A stretch of 64,000 bases of DNA, from assembly GCA_964252075.1 (NCBI GenBank), contig CAXULY010000024.1, forward strand, positions 22,701 to 86,700, read 5' to 3'. The stretch is from an uncultured Deinococcaceae bacterium. GTDB taxonomy: Bacteria > Deinococcota > Deinococci > Deinococcales > Deinococcaceae. This document shows, piece after piece, positions 52,187-62,289 of this stretch; the first letter of the stretch is position 1, and each line of letters begins with the position of its first letter. The notes under the pieces are model-generated. The model made no database searches and was not told the DNA's origin. It saw nothing but the letters and a program-made list of their open reading frames with translations. The position numbers and the translations under genes were made by a program.

Positions 52187-53056
52187 TTACCCGTCGTGTT
52201 GATCGGATGGTGCCAACGTCTCGGCGAGTCCCTGGCCCTGGGCGAGTGCGGTGGATCGCCGCAGGTTGTATGCGCCCACCTGCGGGTGGTAGCCGGCGCT
52301 GACGGTGGTGTGCAGGTGGTCGCGCAGGGAGGCGCGGCGCAGCTCGCTGGGTGAGGCGTAGGGGATGTCGGCGGCGCGGCAGGCCTGGAAGAGTGCGGCG
52401 CGCAGGTCGCGTTCCTGCTTGTAAGGGAGGACGGGTCCGTGGGCGAAGACGCCGCCCGCCTGGCGGTGCAGGGGCGTCAGGGCGGCCAGCGCGGTGTCGC
52501 TGACGCGGGTGCTGACCTGTGGGCGGAGGGCCGCTCCGGTCGCCAGGTCGTAGTCGTTCCACTGCATGGTGAGGAGTTCGCGCACCCGGAAGGCGTGCTC
52601 GTCGATCAGGACCAGCGCGGCGTGCAGTGCGGCGTCCCGTTTGGTCCCGGCGTGCAGCGAGGTGAGCTGTTCACGGGTGATGAGCGGGGCGCCCGCACGC
52701 TCGTTGGGGGGGCGTTGCAGGCCCATGAGGGGCGAGGTGGTGATCACCTGGTGGCGGACGGCTTCCTTGTAGATGCTGCTGAGGAGGGAGAGGCGCAGCC
52801 GGACGGTGTTGGCGCGGGCCTCTTCTCCGTTGTGGTTGAGTCGTGCGGTGCGTAGCAGCCAGGCGTGGTAGTCGCCGGGTGGGTGGAGGAGGTCGATGTG
52901 GTCCTGTTGGGCGTGCTGGAAGATGAGGCGCAGCAGCGTGAAGGCGGTGCCGGGAGAGACGGGGAGGCGCTCGTGGATGTGCGGGAGGAGTTCGTCGAGG
53001 CGGGCGTGTTGCAGGTTGGTTCTGATGGCGTGGGCACGTTCGACTGCCAGTGACAC
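52187..53056 (-). CDS. Divergent tyrosine recombinase-like protein
   Basis: ANTVRLRLSLLSSIY...SP, AFRVRELLTMQWND, SPSELRRA (HxxR degenerate); start uncertain. Confidence 0.6.
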   Translation of the reverse strand: MSLAVERAHAIRTNLQHARLDELLPHIHERLPVSPGTAFTLLRLIFQHAQQDHIDLLHPPGDYHAWLLRTARLNHNGEEARANTVRLRLSLLSSIYKEAVRHQVITTSPLMGLQRPPNERAGAPLITREQLTSLHAGTKRDAALHAALVLIDEHAFRVRELLTMQWNDYDLATGAALRPQVSTRVSDTALAALTPLHRQAGGVFAHGPVLPYKQERDLRAALFQACRAADIPYASPSELRRASLRDHLHTTVSAGYHPQVGAYNLRRSTALAQGQGLAETLAPSDQHDG

Positions 53057-53539
53057 GTTCGATGTTAGCAGATAACTCACGTTAATAGACAAGGGCGACA
53101 ACCCGGCCTGGGGATCATCACCAGCGCATGTAAGAAGTCGGCGCTGTGCAGGTTCAGGGAGCACCCTGAACCGATGTATAACTTGTCGTTGAGTGGCTGA
53201 GCCGTATGAATATGGCCACTGATATAGCGGCCCGACCTGCGACCCTGTTGGGCCACTCAGGAGCAACGCAGGCTTCACTACCCACCACGGAGCGCTCCCC
53301 TGCGTGTATTCAGACGCATCTTCTATAACCATTTCACTGCTGAGCTGTGTCTTAGCAGTGAAACGTTGCGCATCGTTGAGAGTGCAGCCGCGCCCTGGAC
53401 AGACTTCACGGCTGACTAGGTGCCGTCGCCCACAGCTTCGTATGGTCCTTCGAGCATGCTCGTGTTAGGACCGTAACGCAGAATTAGCCGTTACACTGCC
53501 CATCAAGACCCTCGAGGTGTTGGCCAGACCGAAGAACCC

Positions 53540-54797
53540 CTAAGCGTTCTGCACGTCTCGTCGAAAACAGGTCTGAAGCGGGCAGCCACAGCTTGAGCAA
53601 AAGCGAACAATCACCTTGCGACAGGATGTGCCCCCCAACAGAAACGGAGGGATAGAGGTGGGCGTCAACCACCCCGCGCCCGCGCAGCTTGTATATATTA
53701 TTACGGCCCCTGGGCGAACCTGACAGGCTGATCGCCACACCCCTCGCCCCCCCCGGTACACATTCCACACCTCAGCCAACGGCAAGACCACCGCCCCATC
53801 AGCCCGGGCCCCCACCATCTCCTCGGTCATCCACCCAAAAGGCAGACCGACCACCTCCAACACATCCCGGGCAAACTCCACCGCACCCGGGCGGCGCGAC
53901 CACGGCAACTTCATGGCGCGAATCAATGACCCCGGCCACAACGACAGCATCCGCGCCACCAGCACCATCCCCGCATGCCGCAACTCCACCGGCATCCCAC
54001 CCACTACAGGTGACCGGGCGGTCGGCAACCGAATCCACTGGAACATCAAGTGCTCCTCCGTGACCTCCGGCACCAAAGAACCCACCGCCTCCCAGCGGAA
54101 AAACCCCAGCGAAACCCCACCCAGCAACAATGAGACCAGCACCAGAAACCGCCGCGCCTCAAGGGCAGCCGCCGCGTTCAACCGCGACGACCACCCAAAC
54201 AACAGCGTCCGTTCCAGCCGCAACACCTCATCGAACGGAGCGGGCGCCAGAGGCACCTGCGCCTCCCCCTCGACACACGCCGCACCACATCCGCCAGGAC
54301 TGCCCCCACCACCGCAACCGCAGTGCACCTCGTCCACACCGCGCGCACTGATCCCGCAGCCTCACACCATGCCAGGGGCACATCGTACAAAACGGAAACA
54401 ACCAGAACGATCGCACAAACGGTCGCGCGTCGCCCGCCAAACACTCAGGGCAGTATGCCATCCCCTGTGCCACACGGTCCCGGCCCATCACAAACCGCAC
54501 GTGCTGCCACGCCCGATTCGCGTGAACGGGATAATCCACCATATGCGTGTTCAGGGCGTCCCCTGGAATCCCTAAACCATCTGTCAACCGCTCGGTCAAG
54601 GCCGGGGGCAACGGACCAAACAGCGGGTAGCACCAAACACTCATGCGCACCGTGCGATGTCTAACGACCTTGATGGGCTCCCCCGTCAGGTTTCCATCAG
54701 CATGTTGAACGACAGTCCGTTCACATGAGCGACGTAGCGGAGATACGTCGAGGCGCCTCAACACGCTGAGGCCACGGGTGCACCACCAATTCCTCAT
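53540..54797 (-). pseudogene. TniQ-family protein, frameshifted near 54270
   Basis: YCPECL...RSFW....CPWHGVRLRDQCARCG...CGVC zinc motifs; coding continues in another frame. Confidence 0.65.
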
Positions 54798-55009
54798 TCA
54801 CCGCACCATCATTTTGTATACGACCCTAAACTGCAACCACTCCGCCCGAAAAACGCAAACGACAGTCGGCGAAACAGAAATCAGTTTCGCCCTCTTGCAC
54901 CCAGGCAACCCAGATGACCACGCAACCCATCAATCGCATCTGTAGCATGTATATATTCCATGCGTACACACGAACCCCACCGTCCGCGCGCACGCACCAT
55001 GTACCGCAC

Positions 55010-55948
55010 ATGCCCCCCAAAGCCCCCCACAAACGCACCCGCCCCACCAGCGACCCCACCAAAAGCCCCAACCGCCTCATCCCCCGCAACCGCCGCACCC
55101 CCACCGAAGCGCCCCTCATCGCCCCCCCACACGTGGACCTGCGCGACTTCATCCGGCGCCGCGGCGGCCCGAACGGCAAACGCCAGACCACCATCACCCT
55201 CCTCGCCGGCCGCCCCACCACAGCCGGCCACGCCCTCATCGGCGTCAGCGTCCGCACCCAAGGCCGCCACCTGTACTACCACCACCCCGTCACCAGCCTC
55301 CTCGACCGCGACCTCCCCCACGCTCTCGAAACCGCCGTCCTGCGCGCCCCCGCCATGACGGACCTCATCATCACCACCCCCATCAAAAGCCTCTGGGACC
55401 TCCACCACCTCACCCCCGCCACCAAAGACCGCATCGCAGACCTCGGCTGCCGCGTCCGCTTCGCCCACCCACTCCAACACGACCTCGGCACCGCCCTCGC
55501 CAAAACCGCCAGCGAAGGCCACACGGGCCCCCAGCACGTCGACGCGCACCTCTACACCGCCACCCTCACCGACGGCCACCGCACCTACACCGCCGCCGTC
55601 CTGTGGCAACACGGCCACGTCCTCCAGACCACCCTCACCACCGACCCCATAGCGCTCGACCTCGCCGAAGTGCGCCTCGTCCTCTGGGCCGCGGGCCGCC
55701 TCCCTGCAGGCGCCAGCCTGCAAATCCAGAACGCCAACCCCACCCTCACCCGCCTGTGGTCCAACCCCGAACACATGACCCCCGAACAACGCCAGGCGCT
55801 CACCCCGCTCCTCCCGCACCTCACGACCAAAGGCCTGCAGATCCGCCAGGGCTCAGACCCCATCAACCGCCGCATCGCCCGCGCCACCCGCGACATCGCC
55901 GCCACCCTCTACGCCAGCGCCGACCTCACCCCCGAGGAACACGCATGA
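55010..55948 (+). CDS. Hypothetical protein, possibly two RNase H-like folds
   Basis: Long C-rich ORF coupled (ATGA) to the next gene; fold assignment tentative; start uncertain. Confidence 0.45.
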   Translation: MPPKAPHKRTRPTSDPTKSPNRLIPRNRRTPTEAPLIAPPHVDLRDFIRRRGGPNGKRQTTITLLAGRPTTAGHALIGVSVRTQGRHLYYHHPVTSLLDRDLPHALETAVLRAPAMTDLIITTPIKSLWDLHHLTPATKDRIADLGCRVRFAHPLQHDLGTALAKTASEGHTGPQHVDAHLYTATLTDGHRTYTAAVLWQHGHVLQTTLTTDPIALDLAEVRLVLWAAGRLPAGASLQIQNANPTLTRLWSNPEHMTPEQRQALTPLLPHLTTKGLQIRQGSDPINRRIARATRDIAATLYASADLTPEEHA

Positions 55949-56739
55949 CCCTCACCCACACCCCCTTCATCGATCAGCTCCTCGAGCAGGGCGTCATCAA
56001 ACACCACCACTTTGAGGCCATCGCCCGCGAACTGAGGCGCGGCGCCACCCTCCTGAGCGCCCTCACCGCCGGCCCCGAAGCGCGCATCTGGGCGCACCTC
56101 GCGCGCCGCCACGGCCTCCCCCATTACCCCCAGCACACCGACCTCAAGGTCCTCTTCGCGGACCTCATCCCCCACCACCTCGCCCTCACCCACCAGATCC
56201 TTCCCCACCGCACGCGCGGACATGACCTGCAGGTCCTCACCTACACCCACACCCGCCCCGACGGCCCGAGCGCCGACTTCCCCGGCCTCACCCTCCGCCA
56301 TACCCTCGTAACCCCCACCGTGTGGCGCCGCGCCTACCGCCTGTGTTACCCCGAAGGCCTCGTCGGCCGCCTGAGCGAAACGCAGGCCACCGCGCTCGTC
56401 ACCCTCACCCCGCTCGGCGAGGCGGCCACCACCACCCCCGAGCAGCGGGCGGAGATCACCGCCCTCACCAGCGGCCTGCAGTTCATCGACCTGCACACCC
56501 ACCCCATCGACGAGGCCGTCATCCCCCTCGTCACGCTCGCCATGAAAGCCCTCACGCACAGCTACCCCCACCACCTCGAAGGCCGCCGCCTTGTCGTCCT
56601 GATGGTCGACCCACACGACCAGGACGCCCTCGCGCGCCTGCGCGCCCAGACGCAACGCGAGATCCTCCCCGCCATCACCACGGCCGAGACCATCCAGCAC
56701 CTCCTGGACGTCGACAGCCTCACCCACGAGGGCGAATGA
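55945..56739 (+). CDS. Stand-alone GspE/PilB N-terminal domain protein
   Basis: LQFIDL...IDEAV...P...EGRRLVVLMVDPHD..AL..L...I.PAI matches the T2SSE N-terminal domain; no ATPase domain. Confidence 0.6.
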   Translation: MTLTHTPFIDQLLEQGVIKHHHFEAIARELRRGATLLSALTAGPEARIWAHLARRHGLPHYPQHTDLKVLFADLIPHHLALTHQILPHRTRGHDLQVLTYTHTRPDGPSADFPGLTLRHTLVTPTVWRRAYRLCYPEGLVGRLSETQATALVTLTPLGEAATTTPEQRAEITALTSGLQFIDLHTHPIDEAVIPLVTLAMKALTHSYPHHLEGRRLVVLMVDPHDQDALARLRAQTQREILPAITTAETIQHLLDVDSLTHEGE

Positions 56740-57941
56740 GCCCCACCCTCGACGCGGCCCTCGCGCACCTCCGGCACGGCCGCAGCGTCCTGCCGGTCGG
56801 GCCCGACAAACGCCCGCACAGCCAGGCGCTCATCCGCACCGGCCACCACCAGGTGAACGCCCAGGGCCGCACGGTGGGCGCGTGGCAGGCCCTGCAGACC
56901 GCACCCGCCACGCCCGAACAGTGCGCAGTCTGGTTCACCCCGCCGGGGCGCGGCCTGGGCCTCATCACCGGGCGAGTCAGCGGCCTCGTCGTCCTCGACG
57001 CTGACGGCGACGCCGGACTCGCGCTGTTCGAGCGCTGTGGCCTGACCCGCCTCGCGCACGTCCGCACGCGCAGCGGCGGCCTGCACCTGTACCTCCCCCA
57101 CCCCGGCTGGCCGGTGCGCACCCTGCAATCCCAGACCAACATCCACCTCGCGAGCATCAGGGGCATCGACATCCGCGCCGACGGCGGGTACGTCGTCGCG
57201 CCCCCCACCACCCACCCGACCGGCACCTACACCCAGTTGCGCGACCCCTTCGACCTCGAACCGCTGGGCACCCTCCCGACCGACCTGCGCGCCCTGCTGG
57301 GCCTGCTGCACCCCCCCGAAGGACCCAAGGTCACCGCCCCACGCCCCGAGCGCACCCGCCCACGTGCGGCCGCCCCCTCACCCGCCGGGCCCTCTGACGG
57401 GCGCTGGGCCGGGCGGGACGGCACGCCGCTCGACGTGGAGCTCCTGTGCCGCGCCCTGGACCGCGCGCACGCCGGACACGGACGCAACGAGACGGGCTTC
57501 TGGCTCGCCTGCCAGCTGCGCGACAACACCTTCACCCCCGAAGACGCCGAGGACGTCATGCGGCGCTACGTCAGCCAGGTGCCCGACCTCAACAGTAAAG
57601 CGCAGGCCGAACACTACACTGAGCAGGAAGCGCGGCACAGCCTGAGCGAGGCCTACAAACGCAGTCCCCGCGACCCCTGGACGCCCCCGCTCCCCACGCC
57701 CATCGAGCGCCTGAAACATCAATGGTCACAGCTGAACGGTGAACAGCGCGAACTCGCCGCGCGCTGCGTCGCCGGTGCGCGCGGCGAGACGCGCGAGGCG
57801 GGCCTGCGACTCCTCACCTTGCTCGGCCACGACGTGCTTGCCACCCTCGAACGCACCCAGGAGGACGCCCGCGCCGGCTCCGCCCTGCCCGGCCTCGCCG
57901 CCCTCGTGAAGCTCCTGGACCGCACGCCCATCGCCACCTGA
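56736..57941 (+). CDS. Bifunctional DNA primase/polymerase (Prim-Pol) with PriCT-like domain
   Basis: GLITGRVSGLVVLDADG, TRSGGLHLY, IDIRADGGYVVAPP, GRNETGFWLA. Confidence 0.88.
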   Translation: MSPTLDAALAHLRHGRSVLPVGPDKRPHSQALIRTGHHQVNAQGRTVGAWQALQTAPATPEQCAVWFTPPGRGLGLITGRVSGLVVLDADGDAGLALFERCGLTRLAHVRTRSGGLHLYLPHPGWPVRTLQSQTNIHLASIRGIDIRADGGYVVAPPTTHPTGTYTQLRDPFDLEPLGTLPTDLRALLGLLHPPEGPKVTAPRPERTRPRAAAPSPAGPSDGRWAGRDGTPLDVELLCRALDRAHAGHGRNETGFWLACQLRDNTFTPEDAEDVMRRYVSQVPDLNSKAQAEHYTEQEARHSLSEAYKRSPRDPWTPPLPTPIERLKHQWSQLNGEQRELAARCVAGARGETREAGLRLLTLLGHDVLATLERTQEDARAGSALPGLAALVKLLDRTPIAT

Positions 57942-57965
57942 CGTTCACACCAACTCCCCCCTGGT

Positions 57966-57996
57966 CGCGCGTCACTGGACGCGTCAGTGACGCGCG
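57966..57996. promoter_or_regulatory. Inverted repeat upstream of rep
   Basis: cgcgcgtcactg-gacgcgt-cagtgacgcgcg. Confidence 0.6.
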
Positions 57997-58002
57997 TTCA
58001 CC

Positions 58003-59457
58003 ATGCCGGCCATGTCCGCTCCCACCGACGTGCACACCCGACACTTTGAGGAATGCAACGTCGCCGGGCTGTCCCTGATCTCCAGCCAGAAGTACCTGCC
58101 GCTCACCCTCACCAACTGGGACCGCGTCATCTCCGCCCCCAACGCGCGGGTGTACAACGTCCGCTGCATCACCATGCCTCAAACGGGCCTGCCGCGCGGC
58201 CTCGACGGCGACATCTGGGTGTGCCTCATCAACCTCTACATTGAGCAGCGCTGCCCACCCGACGGCGTCATCACCACCACCCCCTACGCCATCTTGAAAG
58301 CACTCGGGCTCAGCGCCAGCAAAACCTACTACGCGGTGCTCTTCGACTCCCTGATGCGGCTCAAACGCGCCGAGTACCGCGTGACCGAAGGCTGGTTCGA
58401 ACAGCGCGAGCAGCGCTTCGTGACCGCCGTCTTCAACCTGGTCAACGACTACATGTACGACCAAGGCGCGCGCGGCCCCGACCAGCGCAGCGTCCTGCGG
58501 GTGGAACTCAGCAAGCGCGTCACCAGGAGCATCCGGGACGGCTACCTCAAGCCGCTGGACATGGACCTGTACTGCAGGCTCGACCACAGCGGCGCCCGCA
58601 CCCTGTACCGGGTGCTCGACGCGCACCGGGTCGCCGCCGAAGCGAGGCGCGCCGCGCAGCCGTTCACCCTCACGATCGGGCTGATGGAGTGGGCCTGCAC
58701 CTGCGGCTACGTCGACGAGCGCCCGGACAACATCCTGCGGATGCTCAAAAAAGCCCACTCGACGCTGATCCGGCACGGGTACCTCAAAGACGTCACCACC
58801 ACCGGCATCGGGCGCAAAACCCAGCTAACCTACACCTTCGCCCGCACGGACGTCGCCGCCCCACCCGCAGAGCGCGAAGATCCACCCACGCGTCAGGAGC
58901 ACATCGACGCCGTCGTGCGCTTCGGGGTGGGCCAGAACGTCGCGCCGATGGTCGCGCGCGCGCTGGGCGGCGATGTGCACGCGGCCATCGCCTACATCGA
59001 GTACGCCAGGCGAACGCAGGTGAACTCCATCCGCAACCCGCCCGGCATGCTGGTAGAGTTCGCGAAGAACGGGAACCGCCCGTGGCGATCGGAAGGGCAA
59101 TCTGACCCCCAGCTGGTCCAGGCTCGCCTCACAGAGCGCCAGAAGTGCCTGCAGTACACCATCGACCATCTCGACCGGGAGCGGGAGCAGGAACGCGCCG
59201 AGCTGTCCGGCGTCTCTCCTTCACAAGCCGCCGAGCGACTCCTGACGCGGTTCACAAGGGGACTGCTGACGGCCTCCAGCACGGGACCGAACCTGAGTCA
59301 GCAGGAACTGCAGGACCTGCACCGCGAGGTCGCCGCTGGAGCGCTGCCCGCGGCGGCGCTCGACGACACCCTCCGGCGGGTTCGGCTTGGCGGTGAGCGG
59401 CGAGCCGCCGCCATCGCGGACCTTCAGGGCCAGCTCCGAGCGGTTCGTCAGCACTGA
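58003..59457 (+). CDS. Plasmid replication initiator protein (RepA-like)
   Basis: EECNVAGLSLIS, GLPRGLDGDI...LINLY, TTPYAIL, ARTLYRVLD, LKKAH..LI..GYL; followed by iterons. Confidence 0.8.
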   Translation: MPAMSAPTDVHTRHFEECNVAGLSLISSQKYLPLTLTNWDRVISAPNARVYNVRCITMPQTGLPRGLDGDIWVCLINLYIEQRCPPDGVITTTPYAILKALGLSASKTYYAVLFDSLMRLKRAEYRVTEGWFEQREQRFVTAVFNLVNDYMYDQGARGPDQRSVLRVELSKRVTRSIRDGYLKPLDMDLYCRLDHSGARTLYRVLDAHRVAAEARRAAQPFTLTIGLMEWACTCGYVDERPDNILRMLKKAHSTLIRHGYLKDVTTTGIGRKTQLTYTFARTDVAAPPAEREDPPTRQEHIDAVVRFGVGQNVAPMVARALGGDVHAAIAYIEYARRTQVNSIRNPPGMLVEFAKNGNRPWRSEGQSDPQLVQARLTERQKCLQYTIDHLDREREQERAELSGVSPSQAAERLLTRFTRGLLTASSTGPNLSQQELQDLHREVAAGALPAAALDDTLRRVRLGGERRAAAIADLQGQLRAVRQH

Positions 59458-59784
59458 GGGACCACCCCTCGTCACCAGTGAGGGAAGAAGTGTGGGGAGG
59501 CTGTCCAGGACAGCCTCCCCACACTTCTTCTTTCCGACTCGTCAGCAGTGAGGGAACAGAGCCCTCAGGTTCGTCAGAAGTGAGGGAAACAGCCTGGCTG
59601 GGCTCGTCACCAGCGAGGGGAAACCCTGAGACAGGCTGCACACGAACGCTCAATAACCCGTCACCAGTGAGAGAAACGGCACGTCAGCAGTGAGGGACGA
59701 GGCGGCCAGCAACACGTCAGCAGTGAGGCGAAATCAAGCCGAATGCACGGCAGCAATGAGGGGAAAACCCGTCAGCAGTGAGGA
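59446..59784 (+). repeat. Iteron array (~10 copies of cgtcagcagtgaggg)
   Basis: Copies start at 59446, 59470, 59540, 59572, 59605, 59659, 59682, 59715, 59748 and 59770. Confidence 0.88.
59484..59530. repeat. Perfect 47-bp palindrome inside the iteron array
   Basis: gaagaagtgtggggaggctgtcc-a-ggacagcctccccacacttcttc. Confidence 0.92.
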
Positions 59785-59829
59785 AAAAGCACCGCTGAAC
59801 GCCGTGCCAGCCGCATGAGCCCCTCGCCC

Positions 59830-59883
59830 CTGTTGTTGAACAACTCTTTCAAAGGTCTTTAAAAACATAAACAACACCCAACA
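59830..59883. other. AT-rich putative DNA-unwinding element of the origin
   Basis: tgttgttgaacaactctttcaaaggtctttaaaaacataaacaac directly after the iterons. Confidence 0.65.
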
Positions 59884-60311
59884 GGCACCGCGAACGCAGA
59901 CAGCGGTTCACCGGGTCTGAAAAGCGGCGCGCACCGCACACTGTCCGGCATGAGCGCCACCATTCAGATCCTCGCGAGCGTCATTCAACACACTTCCACC
60001 GCGCTGACCGTCGCGGGCACCGAATGCAGCAACGTGCGCGGCGAGTGGCGCGACCTGACCTTCTACCACAGGGTGACCCGACCAGGAGGAAGGAGTCATT
60101 CGAGGACCTGCCATCTCCGGACAGCCACGCCCGATAGATCAGGCGAGCGTGCCATCCTCCAGCCAAGCTCCCACCCCCTCTCGGACAGACTCAAGGGTGG
60201 GTGAAGTCAGTCCCGCTATCAAATGACGGGTTTTTCACACTACACTGCAGCGCACGGTCATCCCGCATCAGGTTCAAATCGCCCCAGCGCCCAACCAGCC
60301 CCGAGGTTCGC

Positions 60312-60944
60312 ATGCGTTCCGCAGTCACCGAGAGCCTCATCGTGTTCGGACTTGGCGTCGCCGTTCCCCTCGTGGTGGTGCTCCTGCAGATCCCGCGCCT
60401 GCCCGCTGGCGCAGCGTCCCCAGCCGTGCATACGCAACCCCAGGCCGTCCCAATGAACGCCACGACAGTTGCTCCAGAGCCGGCCCCCAGCGCTCCACCC
60501 AAGGCCACCGCGCCCGCGAACCGAGGTTCGGCCGTTGTGAAGACACCAGGCCCTACCCCAGAAACCGGGAAGCCAACCGATCCCTTCCTGCGTGACCTCG
60601 AACTCGGGCGGAAACTGACGCGCTGGCTGTACGGACAACAGACGCAACGGCTGTGGGACGCCTTCCTGCCTTCGGCCCGCGCGAGCTGGAGGAACGACGC
60701 CTCGGCCTTCGCCGCGTACCGCTCCGTGGGTCAGCGCACCTACGGCCGGGAGGTGAAGGTCCTCAAGGAAGAGGTGCGCGCGCGCGGAAGCACGCACTAT
60801 TACATCCGGACCGCCCGTTTTGCGCGGGGAACAGAAAAGGAATGGTCCGTGATTTTCGGTGTGACGCCCGATGGACGCGTCAGCGAGTTCGGCATTGTGA
60901 ATGCCGCCGCTATAGCAGACACGGCAGAAAACTTGAAGCAATAG
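60312..60944 (+). CDS. Membrane-anchored or secreted hypothetical protein
   Basis: N-terminal TM helix, Pro/Ala linker, small alpha/beta domain. Confidence 0.6.
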   Translation: MRSAVTESLIVFGLGVAVPLVVVLLQIPRLPAGAASPAVHTQPQAVPMNATTVAPEPAPSAPPKATAPANRGSAVVKTPGPTPETGKPTDPFLRDLELGRKLTRWLYGQQTQRLWDAFLPSARASWRNDASAFAAYRSVGQRTYGREVKVLKEEVRARGSTHYYIRTARFARGTEKEWSVIFGVTPDGRVSEFGIVNAAAIADTAENLKQ

Positions 60945-61028
60945 GGGCCATGTCATTCAGTCGGACGTGAAGAGAATGATGCGTCCCAGCTGATACATGA
61001 AAGGCATCACTGAACTTACACTGACGCC

Positions 61029-61367
61029 ATGACATTCAAGACATTGGCAGCGTTTGTTCTTGGTGCGGTGATGTGTGGTGGCGGCATGGCCCTGGCGGGA
61101 GGGGGAAGCCGCGGGGCCAGCATGTCGACCGCTCCGGTCCTGGCGACGTACCAGTGCCAGGGTGGCCTGCAGGTGCAGGTGCGCGGCGTGCCCGGCACGG
61201 GCACCGTTCAGGTGCAGTTCGCGGGACGCACGCAGGTACTGCACGAAGCGAACGGTGGACTCACCTACCAGAACACCGAGTACGCCTGGGTCACGCAGGG
61301 CGCCACGTCATCCATGCGGGAGCGGGACTCGGGCAGGGTGGCGTTGAGGGGGTGCGTCGCCCAGTAG
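61029..61367 (+). CDS. MliC-like secreted protein
   Basis: Signal peptide; ATYQCQGG..VQV...Y....YAW.TQG...C. Confidence 0.6.
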   Translation: MTFKTLAAFVLGAVMCGGGMALAGGGSRGASMSTAPVLATYQCQGGLQVQVRGVPGTGTVQVQFAGRTQVLHEANGGLTYQNTEYAWVTQGATSSMRERDSGRVALRGCVAQ

Positions 61368-61839
61368 GTGAGGCTGAGAGGGTGGGGCCGATGAGTGGAC
61401 GGAGTTGACGCCGATTGTGCGTTCAAGTTTCACTGCACGGGCGTCATCCGTTGGTTGCGTGGCTGCTCGCCGCTTCTGAAGCAGGTAATTTGCCATGAGG
61501 AAGTGGACGCCATTTCAGCCACCGTGAACGCGAGGTGCGCATAGCGGTATGCGGGTCCCGTTCGGACATACCCCGTTCCGTCTTGAGGGCGGAGTTCGAT
61601 CAGGCTGTGAACGATCTGGCCGATGCCAGACCGCATCGGTTTGCTGGCGTCGGCGCCTGTGCCGGTGGGCGCGAACGCCGCTGGGTCCCGGTCCAGCTTT
61701 TTGGACACGCTGTACGGGCTGCAACAGGTCGTCGATCAGATCTGGGGCTCTGTGCTCGGCGAGGATTTTTTCAGAACGCCATCCTAACACTACTTAGACA
61801 CGTTGTTTCACGTCCTGGACACACCCATAATGCGTTCTG

Positions 61840-62247
61840 ATGCGGCATGCCGATCTCACCCTCCATGACTTCGAGCGCCACCCCATATGGCAAGTCAAAG
61901 ACGGTTTTGAGAAGGTCGAACCCGTGCTTGCACACATGGACCTCGACGGTGTTGATCACGACAAACTTATAGCCGTCGAAGTTCTTTGGGGTCATGGCCG
62001 CGCCACCCCCGGGTACACGGTTGGTGATCCTCACGACCCGGCGGCGCTCTTCATCTGGTTGTCCCCCTCCGAGCGACTCTTTCTCAACGGACGTCCCGCG
62101 CCGTTTGCTCATGTCCTCGAGCGTCTGACACAACACTTCGGTATGCAGGCAGACGAAGTTTTCCCACTCAACTTCCGTGTCCCTCATCTCTCCCCACCGT
62201 TCGAGGGGCACTTTCTGCCACGTGCGATGAGCACGACTCAGCCGTAG
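61840..62247 (+). CDS. Hypothetical protein
   Basis: 135-aa [21 protein letters not shown]...VFPLNF. Confidence 0.5.
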   Translation: MRHADLTLHDFERHPIWQVKDGFEKVEPVLAHMDLDGVDHDKLIAVEVLWGHGRATPGYTVGDPHDPAALFIWLSPSERLFLNGRPAPFAHVLERLTQHFGMQADEVFPLNFRVPHLSPPFEGHFLPRAMSTTQP

Positions 62248-62289
62248 GGCCCGTGTTCTGCGCGCATGACCAGTTGTGACTCTTCGTGA

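Noticed and set aside
53460..53476. Possible Deinococcus radiation/desiccation response motif (tcgtgttaggaccgtaa)
   Set aside because: Several mismatches to the palindromic consensus as I recall it, and no clear downstream start; cannot be supported without a matrix scan.
59446..59784. Repeat array considered as a CRISPR array
   Set aside because: Repeats are only 15 bp and degenerate, spacers are 7-55 bp and irregular, no cas genes are present, and the array follows rep, so iterons fit better.
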